A stretch of 54,893 nucleotides of DNA from Acidobacteriota bacterium (GTDB lineage: Bacteria; Acidobacteriota; Vicinamibacteria; Vicinamibacterales; CAVVIG01), in the NCBI GenBank assembly GCA_023265155.1, contig JAHFUL010000003.1, positions 7,915 through 62,807 on the forward strand, read 5' to 3'. Positions 9,814 through 19,361 of the stretch are shown here, in pieces. Below the pieces are notes generated by a model. It was not told where the DNA came from. It did not search any database and worked only from the letters and a program-made list of their open reading frames with translations. The translations under genes were made by a program, and so were the position numbers. Within the stretch, counting starts at the first letter, position 1. Each line of letters begins with the position of its first letter.

Positions 9814-10583
9814 TCGACGCGTCCTCACTTCTCCAGACGCGGAGCGTCACGAAGAGCTTCGGCGGGATCACGGCCGTCAAGACCTTCACGATGGACGTGG
9901 CCCGTGGCGCGCTGTACGGACTCATCGGGCCGAATGGCGCGGGCAAGACCACCGTCTTCAATCTGCTGACCGGGGTGTACGACACGACCGCGGGCGAGAT
10001 CCATTTCGATGGCGCGCGCATCGATGGAAAGAAGCCCTACGCGATCACCCGGTTGGGCATCGCGCGAACGTTTCAGAACATCCGCCTCTTTCCGGACCTG
10101 ACCGTGCTCGAAAACGTCATGGCGGCGCGCCATCTTCGAAGCCGCCAGACCCTTGCCGACGCGGTTTTGGGCACCACCCGCCATCACCGCGAAGAGCAGG
10201 AGTCTCGCGAGCGGGCGATGAGCCTGCTGAAACTGTTCGACCTCGACCAGCTGGCTGACGAGCGCTCCACGAGCCTCCCGTACGGCAGTCAGCGACGGCT
10301 GGAAATTGCGCGCGCCCTGGCCACCGATCCCAAGCTCCTCCTGCTCGACGAACCGGCCGCCGGCATGAACTCGCAGGAGTCGTTCGACCTCATGCACCTG
10401 ATCCGGCGCCTGCGCGACGAGTTCGCGCTGACCATCCTGCTGGTCGAGCACAACATGAAAGTGGTGATGGGCATCTGCGAGACGATTCAGGTGATGGACT
10501 ACGGCGAAGCGATTGCGATCGGCACGCCGCGGGAGATTCAGAAAAACCGGAAGGTCATCGAGGCGTACCTTGGAGGCGGGTAA
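9810..10583 (+). CDS. livG: BCAA ABC transporter ATPase
   Basis: GPNGAGKTT, RTFQNIRLF, LPYGSQRRLEIARAL, VIEAYLG. Confidence 0.95.
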   Translation: MIDASSLLQTRSVTKSFGGITAVKTFTMDVARGALYGLIGPNGAGKTTVFNLLTGVYDTTAGEIHFDGARIDGKKPYAITRLGIARTFQNIRLFPDLTVLENVMAARHLRSRQTLADAVLGTTRHHREEQESRERAMSLLKLFDLDQLADERSTSLPYGSQRRLEIARALATDPKLLLLDEPAAGMNSQESFDLMHLIRRLRDEFALTILLVEHNMKVVMGICETIQVMDYGEAIAIGTPREIQKNRKVIEAYLGGG

Positions 10584-10621
10584 AGGCGTGTCCTGGCTGG
10601 ATCGGAACCGTCACCAAAGAC

Positions 10622-10818
10622 GACGTACACCGCAGAACCCGCAGAGATCGCAGAGACCGGGCGGTCATGCCATCCGTACGACAGGCCTCGTCGTACTCCC
10701 TGCGCGCTCAGCGAGCTCTGCCCTTCGACCCTTCGACGAGCTCAGGGTCGCCCCGAGCCACGTCGAGGGGCGACAAGCTCAGGGCATCCCGAGCCTGCCG
10801 AGGGATGCGGTGATCGTC
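10622..10818. repeat. Nonamer-based inverted element (CCGCAGARN..CTCTGCG) containing two nested CCCTTCGAC(A/G)AGCTCAGGG-type palindromic repeats
   Basis: Same family as the uninterrupted copy at 47310-47394; nested inserts at 10721-10805 and 10729-10770. Confidence 0.8.
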
Positions 10819-10857
10819 GACGCCAGCACTGGATCATCATCACCCGTCGATTAGGTC

Positions 10858-11562
10858 ATGCTCACACTCGAGAACCTCAACGTCTTCTACGGCGCGATCC
10901 ACGCTCTGCACGACGTGTCCCTCACGGTCAATGTCGGAGAGGTCGTCACGCTGATCGGGGCGAACGGCGCGGGCAAGTCGACGACGCTCCGCGCGATCAC
11001 GGGGCTGTTGACGCCCAGGAGCGGACGGATCGTCTTCGAGGGTCAAGACATCGCCGGACTGCCAGCGCACACGCTCGTCGCCCGCGGGATCTCGATGGCG
11101 CCCGAGGGCCGCGGCATCTTCGCGAACCTCACCGTCGTCGAGAACCTGGAAATGGGCGCGTACCTGGTGAAGGACTACGCGCAAGTGAAGCGCGACATGG
11201 AGCGCGGGTTCACACTGTTCCCGCGCCTCGAGGAACGCATGAAGCAGCGGGCCGGAACGCTCTCGGGAGGCGAGCAGCAGATGCTGGCCATTGCCCGGGC
11301 GCTCATGTCGCATCCCAAGCTGCTCCTCCTCGATGAGCCGTCACTCGGCCTGGCGCCGCTCGTCTGTCACACGATCTTCACGACCATCGACGAGATCAAG
11401 GCGGCGGGCACCACCGTGCTGCTGGTCGAGCAGAATGCGAACGCTGCGCTCAAACACTCCGACCGGGGCTACGTGCTGGAGACAGGCGAGGTGAGCTTTC
11501 AGGGGACGGCGGCCGCGATCGCCGGCGATCCGCGCGTCCGCGAGGCCTATCTGGGCGAGTAG
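10858..11562 (+). CDS. livF: BCAA ABC transporter ATPase
   Basis: GANGAGKST, PEGRGIF, LSGGEQQMLAIAR, DEPSLGLAP. Confidence 0.96.
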   Translation: MLTLENLNVFYGAIHALHDVSLTVNVGEVVTLIGANGAGKSTTLRAITGLLTPRSGRIVFEGQDIAGLPAHTLVARGISMAPEGRGIFANLTVVENLEMGAYLVKDYAQVKRDMERGFTLFPRLEERMKQRAGTLSGGEQQMLAIARALMSHPKLLLLDEPSLGLAPLVCHTIFTTIDEIKAAGTTVLLVEQNANAALKHSDRGYVLETGEVSFQGTAAAIAGDPRVREAYLGE

Positions 11563-11669
11563 TGCGGCCCGGACTTCATGACGCCTGCTCAAGGCAATCA
11601 CCCGAACAGTACGGAGTCACAAGCACGATGAGCCGAACAGGCCGGAATGCTCCCAGTGCTCCTCCGCCT

Positions 11670-11800
11670 TTTGTTTCGAGCAGGGTCATTCCAACATGAA
11701 GCGGCTGCTGTTCCAGATGACTGGCTCCATGCCAGCTTCCTTGATGACTTCTGCAACGCGCTCCGCCACCTTCAGGGCTTCGGAAGATGAAGATCCGCAA
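11670..11800 (-). pseudogene. Frameshifted N-terminal fragment of a TIR-like nucleotide-binding protein (CAP12/Pycsar-effector type)
   Basis: Two frameshifts join RIFI / SSSEALKVAERVAEVIKEAGMEPVIWN / VGMTLLET, resembling the 'IFIGSSxE...W...F..G...LE' pattern. Confidence 0.55.
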
Positions 11801-11813
11801 ACACGACTGGCTC

Positions 11814-12902
11814 TTATCGCCTCTGCGCCGCGTAGCGTTTGGTGTATGCGGTTCGACTGTTGGTCACGGTGAAGCTTCCATCGGCCTGTGCCGACAACTT
11901 GATCCAGTTCGCCGCGCCCATGTGGACGGGCGGAGGTTGCGTGGCTGGCGCCGCGGGACGGCTGTCTTCGAGGTTCGCGATAAATGCTTCGGGCCGATTG
12001 TGCTGCTCGCCGCCAGGCACCGAGTAATGATTCTGCCAGAGGTCCTCGAGACCAGGCGACGCGCGGAGAATCTGAAAGGTCTGGATGGCGCCGCCCTTGC
12101 GCGGACCATTGTTCATGATCGCGACGCGCGGCCCAAGCGCGTGAACGAGAGCCTCCGACCCGGACGTCTCGGAACCATGATGCGATACCAAATAGACATC
12201 GACAGTGCCCACGTTGTTGTTGGGACACATGAGGTCGTGCTCCTTGTTCCACGTGAGATCGCCCATGATGACCGTCCGAAACGCGCCGTACGCGACCGAG
12301 AGGCTGACCGAGCGACTGTCCTCTGCGTCGGCCGCCCGACTGGTGATCTCCGGCCCCTGGAACGTGAAGGGGCCACACAAAGCATTCGACATGCCGGCGC
12401 CCTCGAGGGGACTCCGGAGCACTGAGCCGCCCGCCGCAATCACCCGCACGCTCAGGCCAGCGATCGGGATCTTGTCGCCGGGCTGAGCCTCGACGTGAAC
12501 GCCCTGGCGACGGACCTCCGCATACGCCTGAAAGGCCGCCTGCGCGGCGTCGCCCCGATCCACGGTCGTGCCGTGGTCGATGAATCGGCGAAGCGGAAGG
12601 CGCGCAGCCAATTGCGCCGCGCCACCCATGTGGTCGGCATGGAAATGGGTCACGACCAGGTAATCGATCTGCTTGATCCCCGCCTCTCTGGCAACCACCG
12701 CGATGCGATCGGCGTCACGGCCGTCGAAACCCGGCCAGCCGGTGTCAACCAGCATCGATTCGCCCGACGGAGAAACGAAGAGCGTCGCCTCACCGCCCTC
12801 GACGTCGATCACGTACGCGTCGAGTGTTTGGGAGGGCGTCTGGGTGCGAGGGGATGAGCCCAACATACCGACGATCACGAGCGGAATCAGCAGTGAACGC
12901 AT
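11814..12902 (-). CDS. Secreted metallo-beta-lactamase-fold hydrolase (ComEC/Rec2-like)
   Basis: Signal peptide; IDVEGGEATL, VDTG, THFHADHMGG, GDL, SHHG. Confidence 0.85.
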   Translation of the reverse strand: MRSLLIPLVIVGMLGSSPRTQTPSQTLDAYVIDVEGGEATLFVSPSGESMLVDTGWPGFDGRDADRIAVVAREAGIKQIDYLVVTHFHADHMGGAAQLAARLPLRRFIDHGTTVDRGDAAQAAFQAYAEVRRQGVHVEAQPGDKIPIAGLSVRVIAAGGSVLRSPLEGAGMSNALCGPFTFQGPEITSRAADAEDSRSVSLSVAYGAFRTVIMGDLTWNKEHDLMCPNNNVGTVDVYLVSHHGSETSGSEALVHALGPRVAIMNNGPRKGGAIQTFQILRASPGLEDLWQNHYSVPGGEQHNRPEAFIANLEDSRPAAPATQPPPVHMGAANWIKLSAQADGSFTVTNSRTAYTKRYAAQRR

Positions 12903-13286
12903 GGTGGTTTGCCCTACTTGCCAAGAAGCCGTTTGACGGTAATCAGTCAACGGCGGCGATTCTACCAAAGGGCCACGCACAATTGAGATCACACCGAATC
13001 GTTCGTCCGCGATTCGATGTGCCGCGCCGGTCGGCCTGCTCACCAGGCCGACCGCGTCGAGCGCCTGGCGATATCTCGATCCCGATTGTCACACGTCCGT
13101 CTCTGCGTGCTCGGCCGCCTCTGCGTCCCATGTCGTTGTCCTCCTCGTCTTTTGCTCCGTGTTCCTCGCTGGTGGGGCGTTGCTCTTCTGGTTGGCCCAG
13201 TGGCGAAGACTCTCAACGAACGTGTCCCCAGCGCCCCGAAATCGTCTCTGGGGTGCTCTGCGGACTCTGCGCTGTCTGTCCTCTTG

Positions 13287-13925
13287 CTACGCGAGCGCGG
13301 CGAGCAATGCCCTGACCCGCGCTTCCGGATTTCCGGTGGCCAGGAGATCGGAAATCACCGCCACCGCCTCTGCTCCTGCTTGGATCACCGCCGGCGCGCG
13401 CTCCAGCGTGATGCCACCAATGGCCACGAGCGGCAGCGCGCGCGCGCGCGCATGAGCCGACGCCTCGCGGACCCGATCAAGACCGATGGCGTCGTACCCC
13501 GTCTCCTTCGTGGCAGTCCCGAAGACCGGGCCAATGGCGATGTAGTTCACCGGCTCGCCGGCCCCCGCCTGTATCTGACCGACCGTGTGCGTGGAGAGTC
13601 CGACAATTGCCCCGGGACCCGCAACCGATCGCACGAGGCCTGGAGCAAGGTCGTCCTGCCCGACGTGCACACCGTCCGCGGCAGCCAGCCGCGTGATGTC
13701 GGGGCGATCGTTGACGATCACGACCGCACCCGCCGATCGGGCTCGCTCGATCACTGCAAGAGTGGTCTCGAACAGCCAGCGGCTCGACGCGTGCTTGGCC
13801 CGGATCTGCAGCACCCGAGCGCCTCCATCGAGACACGCGGAGGCGAGGTCGACGAGGGTCCATCCCGCGCGCTCGCAGGCATCGGCATCGCAGATCGCGT
13901 GAAGGGGGCTCCTCGGTAGCTTCAT
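13287..13925 (-). CDS. thiE: Thiamine-phosphate synthase
   Basis: QIRAK, IVNDRPD, GVHVGQDDL, GLSTH, GPVFGTATK, VAIGGI. Confidence 0.95.
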   Translation of the reverse strand: MKLPRSPLHAICDADACERAGWTLVDLASACLDGGARVLQIRAKHASSRWLFETTLAVIERARSAGAVVIVNDRPDITRLAAADGVHVGQDDLAPGLVRSVAGPGAIVGLSTHTVGQIQAGAGEPVNYIAIGPVFGTATKETGYDAIGLDRVREASAHARARALPLVAIGGITLERAPAVIQAGAEAVAVISDLLATGNPEARVRALLAALA

Positions 13926-14024
13926 GAGCGCTGAATTGATGCGGAGATTGACCGGAGAGCACGTTGTTCGACAGGACGTTCGCCGCCGCGCGGACCCGAG
14001 CCGAGGTTTAGCAGTGCTACGACG

Positions 14025-14091
14025 GCAGGACTGAAGTCCTGCGCTACGAGTACGACGCGACTGAAGTCCTGCGCTACGAGTACGACGCGAC
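14025..14091. repeat. REP (GCAGGACTGAAGTCCTGCGCTAC) in a 30-bp tandem duplication
   Basis: gactgaagtcctgcgctacgagtacgacgc at 14029-14058 and 14059-14088; related to the 5251-5405 family. Confidence 0.85.
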
Positions 14092-14115
14092 GAGCCGTCT
14101 CGCTTGGCGGGGATC

Positions 14116-14184
14116 CAATTCCCAATCCCCATCCCCAATCCCTAATCCCTAATCCCTAATCCCCAATCCCTAATCCCCAATCTC
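14116..14184 (+). repeat. Heptamer tandem repeat (CCYAATC), STRR-like
   Basis: cccaatccctaatccctaatccctaatccccaatccctaatccccaatc. Confidence 0.9.
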
Positions 14185-15558
14185 CTAGACCGCTTCGGCC
14201 AGACGCCCGTCTGGACGCGGACGCGCGAGGAATCGTTCCATGAACGAGGTGCTCAGTTTGCCGGCGACGAAGTCGGGATCCACCAGGATGCGCAGGTGCA
14301 TCGGGATGTTGGTCTTGATGCCTTCAACGACCGACATCTCCAGCGTCCGGCGCATGCGCGCGATCGCCTCGGACCTGTCGCGGCCGTGGGTGATGATCTT
14401 GGCGATCATCGAATCGTAGTACGGCGAGATCGTGCACTCGGAATGCGCCAGCGTCTCGACGCGCACGCCTGGGCCGCTCAGCACGCTGAACACGTGGATG
14501 AGACCCGGAGACGGCACGAACGTGTCGGGATCCTCGGCATTCACGCGGCACTCGATGGAGTGCCCGGTGAAGACCACCTCGCTCTGTTTGAACGAGAGGC
14601 GCTCGCCGGCGGCGACGCGGATCTGTTCCTTGACGATGTCGATGCCCGTCACCATCTCGGTCACCGGGTGCTCGACCTGAAGCCGTGTGTTCGCCTCCAT
14701 GAAGTAGAAACGGCCGTCGGGATCCATCAGGAACTCGAACGTCCCGGCGTTCCGGTACTGCACGGCTTTGGCGGCGTCAACGACGATGCCTCCCATTCGC
14801 CGGCGAATCTTCTCGCTCAGCGCGGGCGACGGCGATTCCTCGACGAGCTTCTGATGCCTCCGCTGAATGGAACATTCGCGCTCGCCGAGGTGCACGAGGT
14901 TGCCGTAGTGATCACCGAGGACCTGGAATTCAATGTGGCGCGGCGATTCGACGTACTTTTCGACGTACACGTCGCCCACGCTGAAGGCCGCCTCTGCCTC
15001 GCGCTGTGCGGTTTTGTAGGCCTGCGGCAGCTCCCCCGCAGAGCGGACCACGCGCATGCCGCGTCCGCCCCCGCCGGCTGTCGCCTTGATGATGATCGGA
15101 TAGCCGATATCCTTCGCCACCTTCAGCGCCTTCTCCTCGCTCTCGATCAGACCCTCGCTGCCGGGGAGGATGGGCACGCCGGCTTTCTTCATGACGCGGC
15201 GCGCGCGGGCTTTGTCGCCCATCAAACGGATCACCTGAGGATCGGGACCGATGAACTTGATGTGGCACGCTTCGCAGACTTCCGCGAGATACGCGCTCTC
15301 TGCGAGGAATCCGTAGCCAGGATGGATCGCGTCGGCACCGGTGACTTCGGCCGCACTGATGACCGCCGGCACATTCAGGTAACTGTCGGCGCTGCGGGCC
15401 GGGCCGATGCAGATGTCTTCATCCGCATACCGCACGTGCAGGGAATTCTCGTCCGCCTCCGAGTACACGGCGACCGTCTTGATGCCGAGCTCGCGGCACG
15501 CGAAAATGATTCGCAGGGCCACCTCGCCGCGGTTCGCAATCAGGATTTTCTTGAACAT
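14185..15558 (-). CDS. accC: Acetyl-CoA carboxylase, biotin carboxylase subunit
   Basis: [46 protein letters not shown]. Confidence 0.97.
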   Translation of the reverse strand: MFKKILIANRGEVALRIIFACRELGIKTVAVYSEADENSLHVRYADEDICIGPARSADSYLNVPAVISAAEVTGADAIHPGYGFLAESAYLAEVCEACHIKFIGPDPQVIRLMGDKARARRVMKKAGVPILPGSEGLIESEEKALKVAKDIGYPIIIKATAGGGGRGMRVVRSAGELPQAYKTAQREAEAAFSVGDVYVEKYVESPRHIEFQVLGDHYGNLVHLGERECSIQRRHQKLVEESPSPALSEKIRRRMGGIVVDAAKAVQYRNAGTFEFLMDPDGRFYFMEANTRLQVEHPVTEMVTGIDIVKEQIRVAAGERLSFKQSEVVFTGHSIECRVNAEDPDTFVPSPGLIHVFSVLSGPGVRVETLAHSECTISPYYDSMIAKIITHGRDRSEAIARMRRTLEMSVVEGIKTNIPMHLRILVDPDFVAGKLSTSFMERFLARPRPDGRLAEAV

Positions 15559-16071
15559 TTATTTCGTCTTGATGGCGAACAGGCGTTCTCCGTATTGCAC
15601 GGGCTGTCCGTTCTCGACGTAGATGCTCATGACCTCGCCGTCGCACTCGGCATCGATTTCGTTCATCAGCTTCATCGCCTCGATGACACAGAGCACCTGC
15701 CCCTTCTTGATCATCGATCCGACGTCGACAAAGGGCGCCGCGCCCGGTTCGGGTGAGCGATAGAACGTTCCGACAATCGGCGACTTGACTACGGCCAGCT
15801 CGATTTCGTCGTCTGCCCCAGGCGCCCCAGGCGCCCCCGGGCTGGGAGCGACAGCAGCCCCACTCTGCACGGCTGACGGCGCGGCCGGCGCCGGCACAGC
15901 AGGAGCAGCGACGGGGGCCGCAAGCACCGGACCCGATCCGGCGGCCGTCACAACCTGGCCGTTGCCCTCCTTGCGGACCTTGAGCCGCAACCCCTCGTGC
16001 TCGATTTCGAACTCGGCGAAATCGTGGTCGCGCACGAGCTTGAGAATCTGGCTCAGTTGGTCAAGGTCCAT
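15559..16071 (-). CDS. accB: Biotin carboxyl carrier protein
   Basis: SPIVGTFY, IEAMKLMNEI; Ala/Pro linker. Confidence 0.97.
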   Translation of the reverse strand: MDLDQLSQILKLVRDHDFAEFEIEHEGLRLKVRKEGNGQVVTAAGSGPVLAAPVAAPAVPAPAAPSAVQSGAAVAPSPGAPGAPGADDEIELAVVKSPIVGTFYRSPEPGAAPFVDVGSMIKKGQVLCVIEAMKLMNEIDAECDGEVMSIYVENGQPVQYGERLFAIKTK

Positions 16072-16075
16072 CTTG

Positions 16076-16152
16076 TAGATGTAAGAATCTAAGGATTTGA
16101 GGATCTGGATTCCGATTCCTTTGATTCTCAGATCCTTGGATTCTTGGATTCT
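16076..16152. repeat. Inverted pair of octamer tandem arrays between pepP and accB
   Basis: agaatctaaggatttgaggatc ... gattctcagatccttggattct. Confidence 0.75.
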
Positions 16153-16153
16153 T

Positions 16154-17323
16154 TTAGATTTCCAACAGGTCAGTCGTGACGTGCGTCAGCAATTCCACTC
16201 CCGTATCGGTCACCAGCACATCGTCCTCGATTCGGACGCCCGACCAGCCCGGGAAATACGCGCCGGGCTCGATTGTGAACACCATCCCTGGCGCCACCAG
16301 GTCGTCGTGGACAGCGCCTTCCGGGCCTTCCGGGCCTTCCGCGTCCACTCCAGGCCGCCGGCGCGAAATCCGCGGCTCCTCGTGCACTTCGATCCCGAGG
16401 CCGTGCCCGGTGCCGTGGCCGAACGCCTCGGCCATCCCCGCGCCGGCGAGCGAAGCACGAGCCGCGCCGTCGATCTGGAATCTCGAGATGCCCGGCTTGA
16501 CGGCCTCGATTGCCAGATCGTGCGCCTTCAGCACGGCCCCATAGACTTCTCGAGCGCGCGCCGACGCGTGTCCCACCGCCACGGTGCGGGTGAGGTCGAC
16601 GCAGTATGAGTCGTACACGCCGCCAAAGTCCAGCACGACCAGGTCGCCTTCGGCTAACTTTCGCTCTCCAGGTCTCGCGTGGGGCAGCGCCGCGTTTGGT
16701 CCGGCCGCGACGATCGTCTCAAACGCCGACCGCTCGAACCCCGCGTCCCGGATGCGCCAGTCAATCGCCATCGCGACGTCGCGCTCCGTTCGGCCCGGGC
16801 GCACGTCGGCGACCATCGCCGACGCCACGCCCGAGAGCCGGCGGGCGGCTTCCCGGAGCACCATCAGCTCATAGGCATCTTTCCTGACACGCGCCCGTTC
16901 GACGACGCCTTCGGTCGGCACCAGTTCCGGAACGGTCGTCCTCGTGCCAAGGGCGGTCTGCAGCCAGCGATGCCGAGCCACTGACAGATTCGCCGCCTCG
17001 AAACCAATCCGCGCCGATGGCATTCCGGCGAGCAGGTCCGCGAGCGTCAGATCGTAGGTGCTCTCGACGGTCACGAGCTCGAGGCCGGGACATTCGTGAC
17101 CCGTTCCGCGGGTTTCGGACATGGCTGAAACGTATCGGAAGTCGGTGATGAACAGCAGGCGATTGGCCGTCACGACGACGATCCCCGAACTGCCGCTGAA
17201 GTTCGTCAGGTAGAGGATGTTCGGCAGGGCGGTGACGACGAGCGCGTCGAGCGACTGCTCGGCCATCGCACGCCGAATCGTGATGTGACGCTCGTCAAGC
17301 GCGTGGCTGGGTGCGTGCGACAT
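16154..17323 (-). CDS. pepP: Xaa-Pro aminopeptidase (M24)
   Basis: TDFRY, DFG..Y..YCVDLTRT, HGTGHGLGIEVHE, TIEPG.Y, GVRIEDD. Confidence 0.9.
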   Translation of the reverse strand: MSHAPSHALDERHITIRRAMAEQSLDALVVTALPNILYLTNFSGSSGIVVVTANRLLFITDFRYVSAMSETRGTGHECPGLELVTVESTYDLTLADLLAGMPSARIGFEAANLSVARHRWLQTALGTRTTVPELVPTEGVVERARVRKDAYELMVLREAARRLSGVASAMVADVRPGRTERDVAMAIDWRIRDAGFERSAFETIVAAGPNAALPHARPGERKLAEGDLVVLDFGGVYDSYCVDLTRTVAVGHASARAREVYGAVLKAHDLAIEAVKPGISRFQIDGAARASLAGAGMAEAFGHGTGHGLGIEVHEEPRISRRRPGVDAEGPEGPEGAVHDDLVAPGMVFTIEPGAYFPGWSGVRIEDDVLVTDTGVELLTHVTTDLLEI

Positions 17324-18005
17324 GGTTGGCGGCGATCGCGCTGAGCCACTGTTCGAGCGCGGCGAGGGTAAGCACCGCGCGCGCGTCGCTCTCGCGCCGA
17401 CGCGCTGACTCGTGAGCCTGCAACGGATCCAAATCCGACGGCGACTGTAGCACAGTCGGCGCTGGTGGTTCCCGCGGCGTGTACGGAGCCGGCGGCGGCG
17501 TCTCGCGCAGGGTCGGCAGCGGCCCGGCGTGCGCCGACAGCTCCCGCTGCATCTCGTCGAACGAAAGGCCATCTTCCGGATCGGGCCGTCTCTGCGGCCC
17601 AAGCTTACGGGTCAGATCTGCAACGGTCTCGTCCAAGTCGGGGTCGTTGCGAGCCAGGGCGAGGGCCGCCTTGTAATACGTCAGCGCGTCTGCCAGCGAT
17701 CCGCGTTCGTGGTGCACCTCGGCGAGCCCGCGGATGGCGGCAAGATTTTCGGGGGCGCTCTTGAGGACCACCTCGAGCTCGTGCTGCGCTTCGTCGAGCT
17801 GTCTCAGCTCGAGCAACGCCCGGCCGAGCGTCACGCGGGCAGACAGGTAACCCGGATGACGCGCGAGCCCCGCCCTGCAGGCCTCAATCGATTCCTGCGG
17901 CCGCCCGGCTCGGCGATATTCCTCCGCGAGCTGCGCAAACGCAATCGACGCCGGGTCCTTCTCGACCCGGCGTCGAAGGTCTTCAATGCGCGGGTTGTCA
18001 GCCAT
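17295..18005 (-). CDS. TPR-repeat protein
   Basis: DPASIAFAQLAEEYR, HPGYLSARVTLGRAL, PENLAA TPR patterns. Confidence 0.8.
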   Translation of the reverse strand: MADNPRIEDLRRRVEKDPASIAFAQLAEEYRRAGRPQESIEACRAGLARHPGYLSARVTLGRALLELRQLDEAQHELEVVLKSAPENLAAIRGLAEVHHERGSLADALTYYKAALALARNDPDLDETVADLTRKLGPQRRPDPEDGLSFDEMQRELSAHAGPLPTLRETPPPAPYTPREPPAPTVLQSPSDLDPLQAHESARRRESDARAVLTLAALEQWLSAIAANHVARTQPRA

Positions 18006-18009
18006 CCAG

Positions 18010-18720
18010 CTACGCGCGCGGTTTGACGTTCACGGTCTTCGTCGTGGTTGCGCTCTGCCCCGCTTCGTCGGTGACGGTCAGAGTAACCGTGAAGCTCCCA
18101 AGGAGGAAGTACTGGTGAGAAACGATGGCGCCCTGCCCTGGATTTGGCTGATCGAAGTCGCCAAATCCCCAGACCCAGCTGACGATCGTGTGGCCGACGC
18201 CGGGCGTGGAGGGGTGACCGTCGAATACGACCGAGCGGTGCGGCTCTGGATCTGCCGGAGAGAAACTGAAGTCCGCGGTCGGCGCAAAGCCCTCGGACAC
18301 AGGAACGCTGTGAGCCGTGGTATGCGTCCGGCCGCTGCTGTTGGTCACTGTCAGGGCGACGGCGAACGTCGATGCCCCGTGGAACACATGACCGGCCGCA
18401 GCGCCCGATCCGCTCGACCCATCGCCGAAGGTCCAGTTGTAGGACGTGATCGTCGCGTTCGTATTCCCGCAGGGCGTCGTCGCATTCGGGTCGGCTGGCC
18501 CGGGGCAGCTCAAGCCGCCATTGAACTGGACGGCCGCATGCGCAGGGGGAGTCGACGGATCAAACGAGAAGCGCGCCGTGGGGCTTTGGATCGGCGGCTG
18601 GAGCGGGCCCGAGCCTTCCGACGGCCCGCTGAGGCCCGGCACATCGGAGTTGTGAACCGTGCAGGCCGACAGCAGCACGATGGCCAGCAGACCTGTTGGA
18701 CGGAAGAACGCTTTGCCCAT
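18010..18720 (-). CDS. PKD-domain lipoprotein
   Basis: Lipobox LLSAC; two PKD-like units (YNWTFGDG, WVWGFGD, VTLTVTD..G). Confidence 0.85.
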   Translation of the reverse strand: MGKAFFRPTGLLAIVLLSACTVHNSDVPGLSGPSEGSGPLQPPIQSPTARFSFDPSTPPAHAAVQFNGGLSCPGPADPNATTPCGNTNATITSYNWTFGDGSSGSGAAAGHVFHGASTFAVALTVTNSSGRTHTTAHSVPVSEGFAPTADFSFSPADPEPHRSVVFDGHPSTPGVGHTIVSWVWGFGDFDQPNPGQGAIVSHQYFLLGSFTVTLTVTDEAGQSATTTKTVNVKPRA

Positions 18721-18722
18721 GA

Positions 18723-19349
18723 TTAGAAATCCCCGAAGTTGCCGAAATCGACCTGAATAAGTCCGGTCACCCTTACCGCATTGCCCGCCTGATCGCTTCC
18801 GTAGAACGTGATTTCGGCGATCATCGTGACAATGGTGGGGCTCGCGACGAGGTTCACGAGGGGCGATTCCTCCTTCGCCACGATCCGCACGAGCTCGAAC
18901 GGAAGCTGGGTCGATGTCCCGGCTTGAATGGTGCCGGTCGTGGCGCCATCGAACGCAAAGGGCACATCAATCCCCTCCAGGTGCCGGCCGTCGGACCTTC
19001 GATAGGCCACGTGGTAGCGCGTGATGGTCACGTCGTTGGTCGGCGTCGGCCCCGTGAGGCTCGTCGGATCCTTCAGCTCCGCGCGAAGCGTCACCCGACC
19101 GTTATCGGAGAAGACCGTCGCACAGGGAGAGGTCGTGCTGCACGGCGCGGGAGACGTGACATTGGTCACGACGTCCGACGGAACGGGATTCCCGAAGGTA
19201 CCGTTCAGTCCGCCGCGCTGCCCTTGCAGCGAATCGATCACCAGGTACACCGGTGATCGGCCCTGGCGCACGACCGACCCGCAAGAAACGCTCACGGCCA
19301 CGATCACCGCGAGCCCGAAGAAGTATGTTCCGCCTCGCATTCGACCCAT
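18723..19349 (-). CDS. Hypothetical lipoprotein directly downstream of pilQ
   Basis: Lipobox VSVSC, beta-rich sequence, tight spacing. Confidence 0.75.
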   Translation of the reverse strand: MGRMRGGTYFFGLAVIVAVSVSCGSVVRQGRSPVYLVIDSLQGQRGGLNGTFGNPVPSDVVTNVTSPAPCSTTSPCATVFSDNGRVTLRAELKDPTSLTGPTPTNDVTITRYHVAYRRSDGRHLEGIDVPFAFDGATTGTIQAGTSTQLPFELVRIVAKEESPLVNLVASPTIVTMIAEITFYGSDQAGNAVRVTGLIQVDFGNFGDF

Positions 19350-19361
19350 CCCGTCCCTTCC

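Noticed and set aside
12928..13054. Hairpins between thiE and the MBL gene as a TPP riboswitch
   Set aside because: Downstream of thiE and lacks the CTGAGA and other TPP core motifs.
14029..14088. 30-bp repeat as a mini CRISPR array
   Set aside because: Directly tandem with no spacer.
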